A stretch of DNA of 64,000 nt from Eledone cirrhosa (GCA_964016885.1 OZ024742.1:296298001-296362000); one strand, 5' to 3'. Numbered from the stretch's first letter, positions 14,205 through 29,137 are shown. Translations and numbers: made by a program. Notes: a model not told the origin generated them from the letters alone.

Positions 14205-15210
14205 GATATGTTTTCAAATGAAAACAAAACTGTAAAAGATACATTAACCATTATGTGACTATATTTCTGACATCATTGTGTTTCAATTAATTAATTAATG
14301 AAGACTTTGGAAGGATTTACTAACATTATTAATTATTAATTATTTCATTATCAAGATAGTATTTGTAACAAAACGTTCTTATATAAAAATAAGCTGGAAA
14401 ATTTTATTTAAATATGAGCCCTTTAAAATATGGTGTCATGTTTCACACAATCAGCGCCTGGTTTTCTTGGGTTTGTATTAAAAGTGTTAAAAGAAAAAAT
14501 GACAATTTTACATTGTGCTTTTCCAAAAGAGAACAGGTTTACTGATAGCTGTCAACCTGAACATTTTCATTACCATATTTCTAATGAAAGACACTTTCCA
14601 TGATTTTCAAATAATTTTGAAAATAATAAAAAATTTGAAGGCATTTTGTAATATAACTAACTTCTCATTATTAACCCTTTAATAACCCTATTTTTAATGA
14701 AATAAACTGTTTTCTTAATTTAACCAATAAAGAATTTTGAGGGCTTTAAAATATTAGAATTATTAATTATTTCATTATTAAGATATTATCTAAACATTGG
14801 GTTCTTACATAAAATGGTGGAAGATTTTAATTTAAATAGGAACACTTTAAAATGGGTGATATTGTTTCATAAAACCTGAGCCAGTTTTGGCTGAGTTGGT
14901 ATCAGTGTGATTAAGCTGATGTTTTGAACACAACTTAAACAATAGTTCATACATAAAATCATGATGGAAGATTTTATTTGAAATAGCAACCCGTAAAAAT
15001 GGGTTGCTTTGTTTCAGAGAACCAGGCTCTGTTTTAGATAGATCACATGAAAATAGTTAAGCTGATGTTTAGAATATAACTTAACATAGGTTCTTACATA
15101 AAACTATGTGAAAAGTCATTTTAGATAAATATAAACACTTTAAAACAAACAATTTTGTATCATAAAGACAGAGGAGGTTTTAGGTGGTTTGATATTAAAA
15201 GGGTTAAAGG
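14205..15210. mobile_element. Cluster of degraded, related AT-rich MITE-like repeats with TTAA-CCC/GGG-TTAA ends
   Basis: Recurrent ttcttacataaaa..ggaagattttaattt blocks; ttaaccctttt at about 14671 and aaaagggttaa at about 15200. Confidence 0.5.
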
Positions 15211-18035
15211 GAAAAAGATAATTTTTCATAAATTTTCCTCAATGACTGTTTCTTAATTAGTGTTTTCTAATGACTGTCAACCTTAATAACTGTCATATTT
15301 ACAAAGGATGTGATTAAGTGTGAACCAATATATATAATGTAATGAGAATAAAATAATTTCTAATTAATTAAAATTAAACATATAATAAGGAGAAAACTCA
15401 TTAATATTAATGATGATTCTTGTTTTAATTATCACTAAGGCGATTACTGGTTTCATAACCTTTTATATAATGATGGTAGGGATGATGATGGTGGTGATTA
15501 TGATGAATATGGGTGCATAGTGAAAGTATCAGAGTTTCAAGCCAGTTGGCTGTCATTCAGTATCTTTTTATTTTATGGGTGATTGGATTAGTTTATCAAA
15601 CATTTGCCAAACAGGGTTTAATAGACTACTTATATAGCAGATACTGCTTACAGAATGTTAAATAGGAATTTTCAATTGTATCAAGGACATGACAACCTCT
15701 CTAACGTTGGTACCATGATAAAATGCAACCAGTACACTCTGTAAAGTGGTTGTCATTAGGAAGAGTACCCAGCTAATGAAAGGGTTGAAAGGATTCTTCA
15801 GTTGTGTTGATAGCTGGACAATGCCATGATAAAATCTCCCTACTACACTGTAAAAACCATACCAAAACTGAAACGTATGTGAGATTTGGTCCTTGATTGG
15901 TCTAGGAGGATTGTAGTGATGATTAATTACTTGAATTACAGGTACAACTTATTTTTTTCCACTTGTGTGAACTAGAGAAATGTGAAATAAATTGTCTTGC
16001 TCAAGGAATCAATGCACCACTAGGAATAAAAATCATCATCTTAAGATCATGATCCAATCACCCTAACTACTTACCTAAGTACCTGCAAACCTGATTGTAC
16101 AGTAAAAGACATTTACTAACCCAAGATGCCACAAAATTAGATTTAACCTAGAAGCTACCTTATTAGGAAGCAAACATCTTAACCTCACCTTTATTGGATA
16201 TATTCTTCAAACAGAAGGGAAAAAATGGACTTAATGTATTCTCAAAAATATATAAAAAAAATAAGCATATTTATAAAATATATAATTTATTTAATTTATC
16301 ACAGGATATTAAAAAATATGGAAACTCCTTTTCCATTTGAAAATTAGATCTAAAAGGTGTCAAAATCAATAATTTATTGATTATAAATGTAAGAAATGGT
16401 ATATAGTTTCTGAGAAACATCTACAAACAACAATCATCAAAAATAAAGATGTATGCAAATTGATTCAAAATTTAAGATGAAAACAACACAACAAAACAAA
16501 ACAAAAAAATATTTTTCACCTACAGAAAATATTCAGCTTTAGACTATACAAAATAGATGGTCTATGTTAAACATCTGAAAAGCAATAAAAACGAAAACAA
16601 ATATCAAACCTAACATTTTAGAAATTTTGAGGCTTGGCCTAATTATCTAAGAAAGTTAACACCTATTTTTGAGGTCTAATCAATGAACCATTATCATCAT
16701 CATCATCGTCATCATCATTTAACATCTGATTTTCTAAGCTGGCATAGGTTGGACAGATAGTTATTGTCTAAGCCAATTCTATCTCAAAGTTATTGTCTTC
16801 TCAAACTGTGTGTGTGTGTGTGCAGGGTGGTGGTATTCTTGCTTACATATGTTCCAGTTTTAGCAATGTTTCTTTGGCTGGATAAACTCCCTAACCATGC
16901 TAGAGAGTTCATTGGCTGCATTTTATTAAGGCACCAGCATTAAGGAGGCTGTCTGGAACTTGACAGGACTGGACAATCCTCTCAACCTTTTTCGACACCT
17001 TGAATTAATTTATATCTTGTTAAGAAGAGAACATCTTTTACACAATAAATTATTGTTTTTAAAAAAATCGTTTTATTTTCTTTATTTTCAACATCCAAAA
17101 GTGATATATCTTTCTTTCTTCAGAATCTAATAGGGAGAGAAATTAAAAAAAAAATATAGTGTGACATTATAATAATCTAAGACTAAATACCAGGCACTAA
17201 CTGACCCTTTCCTTTTTATGTCAGTTGCCATTAAGACCTTCCTTGTTCTCGATTCTTAGACTACTGTTTTCCTCCAAAGATTTTAGATGAAGGCATCATA
17301 CCTGAGGAGGAGACTCACAAAGAGAAATGGCTAATGTAATGGGCATTGCTGGCTATTCTCCACAACAATGCTTTCACCACCTTGTCAGTAGGTTACAGCT
17401 GAAATATACCATCCAGCCATGGGTGTAGTTTTTGTCCCCTGCCAACTTTTTTCTTTTTTCATTCTTTTTCTTTGTTCTCTTTTGTCATTATGATATTGTA
17501 AGTGTTTTTTAAAATTTGAGATAAATTTCTAATGTTGCTTTTTACATATGATTTTTTTCTATAATCAACTCTTGTTCAGACAAAATACCGTTTCTCAACA
17601 TTCTTTGAGCAATAATACTTTAATCATAACAAATTTGCTTTACTAATCATCAAAATATTTTAGGATAGCAGCAAAAGAAGAACACTTTTTTCCAACAAAA
17701 CTGAGAAACTAAAATGAAGAGAGGCAGACCATCAATATCCTCATAATTTATTACTTTTCATTCTTTTAATCCTCTTTCCAAACAGTCACATAAGCACTGT
17801 CTTTCCAGCCTTGACTAAACATTATTCAAAAAGAATATATGCGTGTGTTTGCTAATATATCATCATCATCATCATCATAATCATCATCATTATCGTTATA
17901 TGATCCAGTGAATACTCAGGTGAAACTCCAGAGTTTCAACCAATAAATGGATAAAAAACACACACGCACATATCTCCCGTTCCTCATTTCTCGTTTGCTA
18001 AAATAAAACTTTGTTTGTATGTTAGAAATGATTAT

Positions 18036-18105
18036 ATTTCATGATTGGAGAATAGAGTATTTCATGATTGGAGGATAGAGTATTTCATGATTGGAGAATA
18101 GAGTG
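18036..18105. repeat. Tandem repeat of about 23 bp, three copies
   Basis: atttcatgattggagaatagagt x3. Confidence 0.85.
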
Positions 18106-21100
18106 TTTCTTTACAATATTTTACACCCTGAGTTCAGATCTGGCTATAGTTAACTTTGCCCTTTTTTTTTAATCAATAAAAGGAAGTAGTTAGTATAATT
18201 GATTACATTTTCCTCCCTGCCTCCAATACAAAAAAGACAGATACTTCTGGCTTTCAACCTATTTTAGAGGGGATTATGTTTCACACCATTGGCAAATTTC
18301 AATTATAAGTTCAAATCCCGTCAAGGCATTTTAATCTTCCAGCATTAATTAATCTATATGCAAATTTGAGCAACTTCCGTCCATCACACAATGTGTGTTT
18401 GTGTTTGTGTCAATGTATGTGTGTGTAAAAGGAAGGAAGGGCAAAACAGCAGCTGTTGTTCCATTTGCTACACTGTGTGTGAGTGTATGTGTATGTGTGT
18501 CTGTGTTTGTTTGAATATATGTATGAATGTATGTGTATTTATGTGAATGTATGTCTATGAGTGTATATTTTTGTAAGCGTGTCTGTGTTTGCACATTTAT
18601 ATTTATATACTCATGCATATAAATGTATGCAGATGCACATACACACATTTACACCCATATACACATACATGTCAATGTATTGAAATAAATTCTAGTACAA
18701 TAAAATACCAGTAAAATACTGGAGTCGATACAATTGACTGTTCCCCTACCTCCAAATTTCTGGCTTTCTGCCTACATTAGGTGAAATTATATTTCATGAT
18801 ATTTGGAAATTTTAATTATGACTTCTTAATTTGAAATTAAATTTAACTAAACTGAAGCTGTGAAATTAATCTTTCTGTAATTACTAATTTATTTGAAACG
18901 CTGCCAAGAAGCCTGATAAAAGATAAAAGGAAAGGAAAGAAGCCAATTTTTCAAATTGAACCAATGAAACTTTGTTTCTATTGGTCTTTCCCATTTCTAT
19001 TTCTATATATCATTCACAAGTCCTGGCAGAAGCATCATTACTTTTCCAGCGATATGAGGTTAGATATAAACTCACAACACAAAGACCCAGAATAAGTACT
19101 GCAAGATATCCAATTCGCCTAGTCCTCCATTCCCAGACTAGTAATATATTTACTGACCCTAAAAGGATGAAATACATGGTTTGAAATCAGAGAGTCAGAA
19201 TATAAACACAAAGAATTGGTCAACAATAAGCTGTACGTTAAACATTTGTCTTCAATTCTTTCATTTCTATTCACCAACATAAAGAGAATGCTTCCTATTT
19301 GAGTTAATGCTTATTATGAAGTCCTTTTCAAAGTCAATATTTTTCAAACAGATGCCATTCATAGCAACAATCCTTTCAGTTACTTCTTACATGACTGATA
19401 TCATGTATGTATTCTAAAACCTTGGCAGGGAAAGATGGCCTTAAAACCTTATTTTTTGTTGTTGTTTTCAACCTTTTTTACTCAGAGCTCACTGAATATG
19501 GTGCTAAAAATATTTTTACATGCCATCAAGCCACCTAATTTTTTAAAGTTTCATTATATAGAAACTATATAAAAATTATTTAGAAACATTAAACAATATA
19601 GTCTCTGGTATGCAGTATAATGGGATGGTCATGGCAGAATGCTGATCTATGTAGGTCTGCTCAATTATGAGCTAAATAACAACAATCAGACCAATGCCAC
19701 TTCCACCAACACCATTACCAACAACAACAAAACAGAAGCTTTACACAGTTGCTCAATCTGCAAACAAATACCAGGCAAGTCTCTTTCAAATCATACTCGC
19801 CCCATGTTAAGAAAGGTTAAAAACAAATTTGACAAATTAGTCTTAGATATTTGTTTAAGTCACTGCTGGAATATCTTTGATCACAGGTGAGCTCAATCTG
19901 GTTTGATCTAAGGACAAATAACAATAATGCAAACAGCAACAGCAAAGTTTTAAGGTTATTTCCTCTGCTAAAGCAGGCAAAGTGCCCTTGCAGACCCTAT
20001 GAAAGGCTTTATACTCCTCAGGGATACATTTGGAGGCAATGTTTTATGCTAAGATATCTTTCCTTGTGCCAACACTTTTTGTCATCTCTTACAACACACA
20101 GGAATACTGAGAATCTATTCTAAACTGGATATACACAGTATCTGGACAAGAACGATTCCCTTAGCGCTAATGCCACTTTAAAATGCACCAAATACACTCT
20201 GTAAAGTGTATAAATGTCTAGGAGGTCAGTATCATCGATTAAATACTGACTATGGTGATCCATCCAACTCTTGCTCGCAGGGAATAATGATAATGATGGT
20301 GATATATTCCTGTTTTTAGTTATCAGAGTAGAATTTTAAATGAAAATGTTGAATTGTAGCTAACTAATAATTTGTGGTTTTTTTTTCAGGAACTTTAATA
20401 AATGGTGACAGTCCAGTGTTGCTACTGCCTGTGTTCTCTAATTTTGTGCCATCATTTTGCTTTCTATAAAAATCCACAATATGCTATTTAGAGAAACCAT
20501 TTTAATTAATAGTTAGGAAAAACAGCTGCCTTAAAATACAAAATAATGATCTCTATCTGAACTATAAAGTCATTATTTAACAGTAATTGATGTAGCCTAT
20601 CTCCTCAATTTCACTGTATAGCTGCAATTTATTTTTATCATCAATGCTGAGAGAAAACAGTGAGTTTCCAATATAGTCCTGTAAAACACTACACTATGCA
20701 CTGAAAATAATACAGGATTGATAAAATATAGTACCAGCATTTACTTTGGCCGATTTAATCAACTTTTCCCGCCTATAAAATTGTTGTCCTTGAGCTTAAA
20801 TCATTATATTATCTAGTTAAACTATATTTGTTATTGATTAGTTAAAGGTTTAGGTTATTTTTAGCAGACTTATGATCTTTTTATGGTCATCTATGACTAC
20901 AATAACCAATGTCTGCTTTCTGTGCACCACTGTCCAAAAAAACGTAAGCAGTTGTTTAATGTGAGTCTTTTGAATCATCAAAGAAGTGTTTACTGTAATA
21001 TGTACTGGGGTATTAATTTCACAGGCATAATCCTCATGATCAAGTACAACTATATGTTCAAAATTGTTGACTTTCCTGTGAAGTTTATACATTCACACAT

Positions 21101-21210
21101 ATTTCAGGCATATTCAATATCAACAGAAATTTCATGTTCATAATTTCAGTCATTTGCTAACTTTATTTTATTTATCTTGTTGTGTTATATATATATATAT
21201 ATATATATAT

Positions 21211-22273
21211 ATCGACCTTAACAACTCCCTGGCAGCATCCAATGGTGTTGACAACGGCATCCGCAGACGCAACCAGCATAACCGCGAAATGACTGGGGAA
21301 CATGCAGGACATAACGTGCGGAATAACAATCGCACCACCCCGCGTGCTGTGGGTTGTAATGGTGCTAACGACAGCTGTGGTAGCGTAGGTAACAACGTAG
21401 GCAGCAACAATGATAGCCTTACCGTGGGAAATAGACGGAACCGCGACAGAAATTGCAACTGCCGCGACAGAGGACGCTGCCCCCTTAGAGGATACTGCTT
21501 GACTGATAGGGTTATATATAGATGCACTATTACTAGCCACAATAGCGTTAAACATTATATAGGGGCTACCTCCGGCCCGTTCAAAATTAGGTTTCGAACA
21601 CATCTCCACTCTTTCACAAATAGAAAACTAAAGCACTCCACTTCGCTCGCGGACTACATCACATCACTAAAGGACTTAAACATCAGCTTCTCCACGCACT
21701 GGGAGATTGTCGGTAGGGCTGCACCGTACAACTTTAAGAGACGATCTTTGCCTCATGGAGCTCTACCACATCATAACTGCACCCCACGAGCTCATCAACA
21801 GCAGAGCTAAAACAGCGATAAGTTGTACACATCGCTTAAAAATATCCTTCTTCAGATGGGTTAAGGATGAGGAGTGAAACCATACACCGGATCTCCCTGC
21901 AACAAGTCTTAACACCCCGGCGGGCAGGCGCTGCAAAATAACATCCAGGAAACAATCCTTGCATACCAGACTCAGCTTCAGACAAACTGATGCGGCAAAA
22001 AAAAAAAGAAAAAAAATTGTCCGGGAAAGACTGCCCTAACACCGGCCAGAGTTACCTCCCTTGACCTGCTGCAAAATCAAAACAAGCTATTTTTGCGAGC
22101 AATGAACCTTGATGTGGATTTAACCCCCAAAACTCTTTCCGAGCAATATAAGGAACACTTTTGATTATTTATGCCCTTGAGAAGCCCAATTGGGCGAAAC
22201 GTACGTAGGTGCTGTTTTAAATAAACATGTTTTAACGGTCTATTCTCCGATTTTTTATTTTTTACTTTCCCAC

Positions 22274-22274
<1 letters not shown>
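21211..22274 (+). mobile_element. 5'-truncated Naiad-type Penelope-like element (GIY-YIG endonuclease + 3' region with hammerhead)
   Basis: CNCRDRGRCPLRGYCL zinc linker, VIY..HYIG, FKIRFRTHLHSF, TSLADYI, WEIV, and DLCLME after a small deletion. Flanked on both sides by (TA)n. Confidence 0.88.
22173..22212 (+). ncRNA. Minimal type-I hammerhead ribozyme, U3-A8 core variant
   Basis: gccc-UUGAGAA-gccc(aauu)gggc-GAAAC-guac-GUA^-ggugc; palindromic stem III ACGUACGU. Confidence 0.75.
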
Positions 22275-22310
<36 letters not shown>

Positions 22311-22454
22311 ATTAAGTACTGTATATATTATGTGTGTATATATAACTTATATATCGAACATTTAACAGCATGATCATTTAAAATTTCATTTCTTTAATAC
22401 TTGATGGTCGTTTTTAATTAAACCATGTAATGTTCATGGGTTCACTAAATAATA

Positions 22455-22650
22455 ATGGTTTCTGAGTTTGGCACAAAGCCAACAATTTGTGGGGTGGAGA
22501 AAGTTGATTAAATCAATCCCAGTGTGTTACTGGCACTTTATTTCATCAAACCTGTAAGGGTGAAAGGCAAAGCTAACCTTGGTGGGATTTGAACTCATGT
22601 ATATGCTGCAAAGCATTTTGTTTGATGCTCTAACGATTTTGCCAATCCAT
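22455..22650 (-). mobile_element. tRNA-SINE, same family as 4897
   Basis: Reverse complement of gagttcaaatccc...ctttgcctttcaccc..ataaagtgccag. Confidence 0.65.
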
Positions 22651-24331
22651 AATAATAACAATTCTTTTGGTTTATTATGTTGATTGGTGAAACTATTAGA
22701 GACTTCAACTGCTTCTTTCTCACAGATACCTTATAGAGTTCCTATGATTTAATGTAGATGGTTGATTATCTGAATCATTAGAATGTTTTGGTTTCAGCTC
22801 TCTGCACTACAAGTTTAAATCCCAACGAGTTCAACTTTGCCTTTCCTCCTTTCAAGGTCAATAAATAAACTACCAGTCCATTACTGGAGTTGATTCTTCC
22901 TTTATATCTCTTTTTCACTCCTTCTCTCCTCCTATATCGCTTTCTCTGGAAGAAATCATGTGTGATTAGACATAGAGAGGGATGGGCTCTGCCAGGTTTA
23001 AATGACAAGACATGCTGTATATATTTATGGCACTCACAAGACTCGATCAGGTGTTAAGTGTCCATGCATACATACATGAGTTGGTATGCAACTTACTGCC
23101 TTTGTTCATGAACATAATCAATGGAAAATAAGATGAGAGAATGAATACGGCACACAAGATCCACCATGTTATGGTTATATATCCACATACTTATAAAACA
23201 GTTAAAATATCTGTTCTTGATACTGAAAACATTGTATGGGCTTTGTGGTGTGATGAGCGTGAGAGATTAAAAAATAAAATAAGATCAAAGCAGATCAGTT
23301 TATATAAAGTATTGTGAAATAAATGATTAGGATTGGTTTGGAAAAGCTGGTATGATTAAAACTAGAAAACTAATGTAGAGTATAGCAAGAAAAGCAAAAT
23401 ATTAATCTCACTCTACTTGAGTTGTCAATCTTGTATTTTTAAATTGCATTGCACTGGCTTTCCCCAAAAATTCCTAACCATAAAATTAGATTTTTTTAAA
23501 TTGTGGCTATACCAAGTGAATATACATTTACCTCATGAAATAGATGACACAGGCTTGAGCTGATTGACAGTGTGCCATACTACATAAGACTAGAACAAGC
23601 ACTATAATGCAAAAAGCAAATGTGATGAGAGGTCCCTTTTAGCTTCCCTGGATTAACAATAACAACATAGAGTAGCGAGGACTCGCTGTACATGCCAAGT
23701 ACCTGGAAATCTCTCTAGTCATAATGTCACTATTAAGGGGTCCATGATCAAACAGCAATAATATAGAGAAGAGATGGTTCTTTAATTTAGTCAAAAATAT
23801 GACAACCTGTCTAGTGCTGGTACTATGATAAAATGCACCTAGTACATTCTGTAAAATGGTAATTCTGAGGCTTTAATAAAAGTACCCAGTATACTCCGTA
23901 AAATGTATTGCATTAACAAGGGCAGCCAGCCATAGAAACCATGCCAAAATATGGAACTTATGAACTAGATGTGATTCCCCAACTTGTCTAGTCTCAGACC
24001 ATGACAACTTGTCCAATCCATGGAAACATGGAAAATGGACGTAAAAATGATGATGATGATGATGATATTTATATACTATCTATTTATTTATATACACTTT
24101 CTAATAACATGTGCAACTAGTGGTTTAAAGTTCATTGTAATATATGTCAATGTTAGGATTATGGCATTTATTATTGAGATGCTGTGTTTAACTAAAGGTT
24201 AATGAATTGAAGTGCAGCCAAAGAATACGTGCTGCTTGTATGAATATGACATCAAAAGTGCTCATATATATTTGTACATATGCAGTAATCACTCTCTCTC
24301 TTTATATATATATACATACATATATGTTTGT

Positions 24332-24397
<66 letters not shown>

Positions 24398-24439
24398 AGA
24401 AAGAAATATTTATGCATATGATTGCACACATAAATATGT

Positions 24440-24688
24440 ACATGATATGCATGGATAGTAATCGCTGGGTGAAGAAATGCCAGGAAATGTCAGTCGAAGG
24501 AAGTAGTGGTAGAGGTAGACCAAGAAAGACTGGGGCAGTGGTTGTGAGAGCTGACCTCAAATCACTGAAACTCACAGAGGTGATGACAAAGGCTCGCGAC
24601 AGGTGGAGAGATGCCATGCTGAGAAAGACCCATGCAAGCGTGGAAAAGCAGATGTAAAAATGACGATGATGATGATGTTGATGATGTA
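24440..24688 (+). mobile_element. RTE-related 3' fragment
   Basis: WVKKCQEMSVEGSSGRGRPRKT, followed by (GAT)n. Confidence 0.8.
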
Positions 24689-25669
24689 TATACCTAAGTC
24701 TCCAGCTCTTAGCGTAATTTTTAACAAAACTTAGTAAATGCAGAGTTTAGAGTATCATATGTAACAGAAGAATATTAAATGTACAATTTCGAGAATCATA
24801 TTTAACAAGAATTTATGCTTCTAGCTACATTTTAATCAAACTACAATTGAAAAATAAATTCTATTTGCACACACGTCAGTTCTCAATAACTGGCTATTGT
24901 ATGATTTGATTATTTTTCTTTATCAGTAGAAATTTGAAAATGAAGCAACCTCTCCGGGCTTTGGGCGATTGGCAACTTATGCAACACATTTTTTAAAAAA
25001 TATTGTCGTAAATTCAAATGTAACACATCCAGATTTCTACAAATAGTTTTCAATGGCTGATTTAAACATTCTAAAAATGTTGGCTATTTTACATGTCCTA
25101 TGTATGCATTTATGGTAGCATAACTCCTGATAGAGTTGTAGGGGTGCCAAATTGACATATAGTGTTTCTTGGGGATTTTTCAGCCTGGTGTAGCCCATCC
25201 CTCTCCAGGCCTGACTACAACAGATTTCTTCCAGAGAAAGATAGAAAGTGAGAGAGAGGAAATAAGAATGAGATATAGAGGAAGAATCGACCCCAGGCAT
25301 GTCCTATAGAGTATACTAACAAGAACATTATGTGATTTTGATATCTAGGAATTGCAAATGAATAATGAATCACAGCATTGTAATCTAACCTTCTGCAAAT
25401 ATTCATTAAAACAATCATGAATTATTAAGAAAGTTGTGATGAAACAAATCCTGAGGGACAGGTACCTAAACTGTAGACATGCCATTTAATATTTATTTAC
25501 ATCAATTTAACAAACAAAAACACAACAAGCCATAGATATAATTATTTGTCATGGTAGAGATAATAGAAACGACAGAAGATTTCTTTCTTTTGATTCCAAG
25601 CTATGCTTCCAGGTCAGAAATGCCTTCTCTAATTCTGCCTAGATTCGGCTACGAGGATTAGATTATTGG

Positions 25670-26000
25670 TATATAGGAGTTCCCATGGACAGCCAATCTT
25701 AAACTATTCTGTTATAGTTTACAGAATGATAATAAAGAGAAGAGGGCTAAGAACAGACCCCTAATTGACCCCAAATTTCACACTAATTTCCTCACTATAA
25801 TCATTGTTAATTCTTACCATGTTGATTGCTCCTCTATACATGGCTTGTACTAACCTCACAAGCCACTCATCTACCCTTAGTTTTCTAAGAGCTCACCAGA
25901 TTATGGAGCAGGAGACTCTGTTATAAACTTTCTCCAGATAAAGAAAAATGCCAAGTAAAGGGGCTTACATATAGCTGGGTACTTCTCAGGAAGTTGCCAC
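25670..26000 (-). mobile_element. Degraded RTE RT internal fragment
   Basis: Nucleotide similarity to 2560-2890 (ggagttcccatgg, gggctaagaacaga, tagttttctaagagc). Confidence 0.75.
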
Positions 26001-26867
26001 CCAATCACTCCTACTTTCACATTACACTACACAATTCTTGTATTAAATTATGACCTCTACATAAAACAAAATTGTTTGAATGAATTAAAATTAGGTTGTA
26101 ACCCAGAGCTTTCAGTTATTCTAGAAAATAATTTTGTTATATTTAAAATAAGATAGAAGTTTAAATACTGAAAAAAAATTTAAATACTGGCAGAATCCTA
26201 AAGGAAAAAAAATTCTCTATTATACAAGTAAAAACAGCTTGTACCATATTTCCAGTTTAATAGAATGGAGTGCAGTGTGATGTACTGCAGTGGCTATTCT
26301 ATATAGAGGAATAATATAATAAAAGACAACAACCAAAATCTAGAAATATACTCTTAGCTTTGATATTTTTTTGTTTGTCAACAAGTTGTAATTCTAGATT
26401 TTTATCCCTCCCAGTATGCCAATTGTTCTTATATTGTATTTTTTCATATATTTTTCTAAGACTTCAATGTTGTTGAATAATAAATCATAGCTGCAAGACT
26501 AAAAAAAAAATATATACATATATATGTATATATGTATATTCAGTATATATATATATACATACTCAGTATCCAGCTAAGTTTCTAATAATTTTGTTTCACA
26601 GAACTTCTTTTTATGGCCATTGTTCAATGGTAAAATAACAATATAATTGGGTGTCTGAAAAATACTTTTTTTGTTTGTTTTTTTTTTAGTTCTTCTTGGC
26701 TTGTTCTTAGTTGTTCTTGGCTTGTCTTTGCCGTTTTTCTTGAGTTATAAGAAGAATACAATACAATGTTTCATTTTGTTCAATATTTCTGTGTCTAACA
26801 TTAATGAAGTGTTATTGGTACTTAACAAGTAGTAGCCATTTTAGCTCATATAATCATCACAAGAGAC

Positions 26868-27390
26868 TGTCTTCTCTTCTATCCTCTCACCCATTCTCTC
26901 TCTATACTCCTCTCCCCCTTCTCCCCTCCCCCTTCTCCCCTCCCCCTTCTCCCCTCCCCCTTCTACTCTCCCTCTTCTCTTTTTTATTTTTACCTCTCTC
27001 ATGTCTTCTCTCTCTCCTCCCTTTTCTCACTTGTTTTCACTCTCTATCCTCTTTTCTTCTCTCTCCCTTCCTCTCTTCCCTCCCCTCTCCTCTCTTCTTT
27101 CTCCCTTCCTCTCTTCCCTCCTCTCTCCTCTCATTACTTTCTTTTCTCCCCTCTCTCCTGTTTTCTCTCCCTTCTTTCTTTCCTGTATTCTTTCTCATGT
27201 TCTCACTTCTCCCCCCCCCCTCTTCTCTACTCTCTCTTTCTCTCCTGTCTTCTCTCTTTTCTCTCCTCCCATGTCCTCCACTTTTTCTCTCTCTCTCCTA
27301 TCTTCTCTCTTTTATCTCTTCCCGTTTCTTTCTCTTTTTCTCTCTCTTCTGTATTTCTCTCCTTTCTGTATTTTTATTCTTTTATTCAAA
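26868..27390. repeat. Polypyrimidine (CT-rich) low-complexity tract
   Basis: About 500 bp that is almost entirely C/T. Confidence 0.9.
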
Positions 27391-27974
27391 GAAATTTAGA
27401 TATTGTAAAAAGAAAAAAGAAAGAATTTTTAAAATACCTCAATTCCATCAACATTAATTTCTTGTTGCAAATATTTATTGCTTGTAAATATTTTTTATTA
27501 GCCTAGTTGTTGTTGCTAAAAGTAAGTTGATATAATATCTAAGTAAAATAAAGACAATAACAACAACAATAATAATAATAATAGTAATAATACATTAAGT
27601 AAAGAGAAGGGGAAATTAACAAAAACAAACAGTAGATATAACAATAAAAATAGTGAAAATAAGTCGTAATAATAATAATAATAATAATTAGAATGATAAA
27701 AAGGGTACTGAAAAATATTTGGACCAGATACATGGAAAGCCATCGCTGCAACAGATACAGAAAATAGTGCTGACTGGTACTGCCCATGTACTAAGAATGG
27801 CATTATCAATTTAAAAACTTTGCAAGGACATTTACTGTTGTTTGTGCCCTTGTGACAACATTTGTATGACAATTGATTGTAAAATGTGTGTATTATCAAA
27901 TTTGCCTCAGGTTGACACTTGGCATGATTTGGAAAGAAGCAGAACTCAAAGGAAGTTTCAAGTCATAATAATAA

Positions 27975-28240
27975 TCGTGGCTAGAAAGCCTGACATTGTT
28001 TTCATAAAAGAGAAGAATAACAAATCATGTATTGTAGATATTGCTTTTCCATGGGACCACAGGTTGAATGATAAGGAAAGTGAGAAAGTTGAGAAATACC
28101 AGGAGCTGAAGAGAGAAATCAGAAAACTGTGGAGAATCAGACACGTAGAAGTGGTACCAATTGTGGTTAGTGCACTGGGAGCAGTTAGTAAAAGATTAGA
28201 TGTATGGCTTGAGAAGCTAGGAATTACCATCTGGATGAGA
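27975..28240 (+). mobile_element. R4/Dong-like non-LTR retrotransposon fragment (restriction-like endonuclease)
   Basis: RKPDIV...IVDIAFPWD...EKVEKYQEL...LW...VVPIVVSALG, a PD-(D/E)xK endonuclease. Confidence 0.8.
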
Positions 28241-28247
28241 TTGTGTA

Positions 28248-28602
28248 CTCTCATGTCTCAAATAACTGCCCCCCCCCCCACACACACACACACTTATTAA
28301 TTTTCAGATTTTTTTCCAACACCCCCACTCTTATTCCAACCCTCACTACTTATCAAATTTTGCTAAGCTATCTTCGGCAAAATTTTATTTTAAGTGGCAG
28401 CGTTACTGCAACAAAAATAAGTACATTACTAGAAATCCCATACATTATAAAATGAATAGGATGGGTTGGTGTCTCAATATGTAAGCTAAATGACTAATTC
28501 TGGTTAAACAAAAAAATCAAGAGACAACTTAGAAAAGTTACCGAATTCCCAACTCCGCCGCTTATTCTCCCCAACTGACCCGCTTATTTGGGACCACGAG
28601 AG
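28248..28602. mobile_element. MITE with TA flanks
   Basis: TA|CTCTCATGTCTCAAATAA ... TTATTTGGGACCACGAGAG|TA, imperfect terminal inverted repeats. Confidence 0.6.
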
Positions 28603-29137
28603 TAAATTAATGCCAGTGACAGTTGAGTTCAAACATAACATCTTCTGATGATGAACGTCTCTGCCCAAGATGATATAAACTTTATTCCTCGAATTCTACT
28701 CATTATCAGCAATTTTACATTTGCTTCTTCAAACAGGCACAGATGGTAGGCAGCAAATTGATAGCACTGTTAGTAAATTGGATAGAATGATTTACAATAT
28801 TTGTTCCAACTCTCTGCTCTCTGAGTTCAAATCCCACGAAGATCAACTTTGCCATTCATCGATTTAAGGTCAATAAAAAAGTACCAGTCAAGTACTGGGG
28901 TCAATTCTTCCCTCTATATCTCTTTCTCACTACCTTTCTCACTCTGTGTCCTCCCCCGGAAGAATTCTGGTGTATTTATATCTGGAGAGGAGATGGGCTC
29001 CAACAAGTTTTAAAATGCCTAGAAATGCTGTATGCTAATATGACGCCAATATGACCCCATCAGGAATTATGGGACCATATATATATATATATATCAATGA
29101 TATTAAAAAATGGAAACTATATTTATAAAACCATATT

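Noticed and set aside
25037-25418. Overlapping minus-strand ORFs resembling a hydrophobic protein pseudogene
   Set aside because: No recognisable motif or clear splice sites; BLASTX would be needed
26804-27457. 217-aa Leu/Ser/Phe-rich ORF resembling a membrane protein
   Set aside because: By-product of the polypyrimidine tract
28644-28680. CTGATGA motif as a hammerhead (also about 29844 and 45986)
   Set aside because: No stem II/GAAA/NUH arrangement follows
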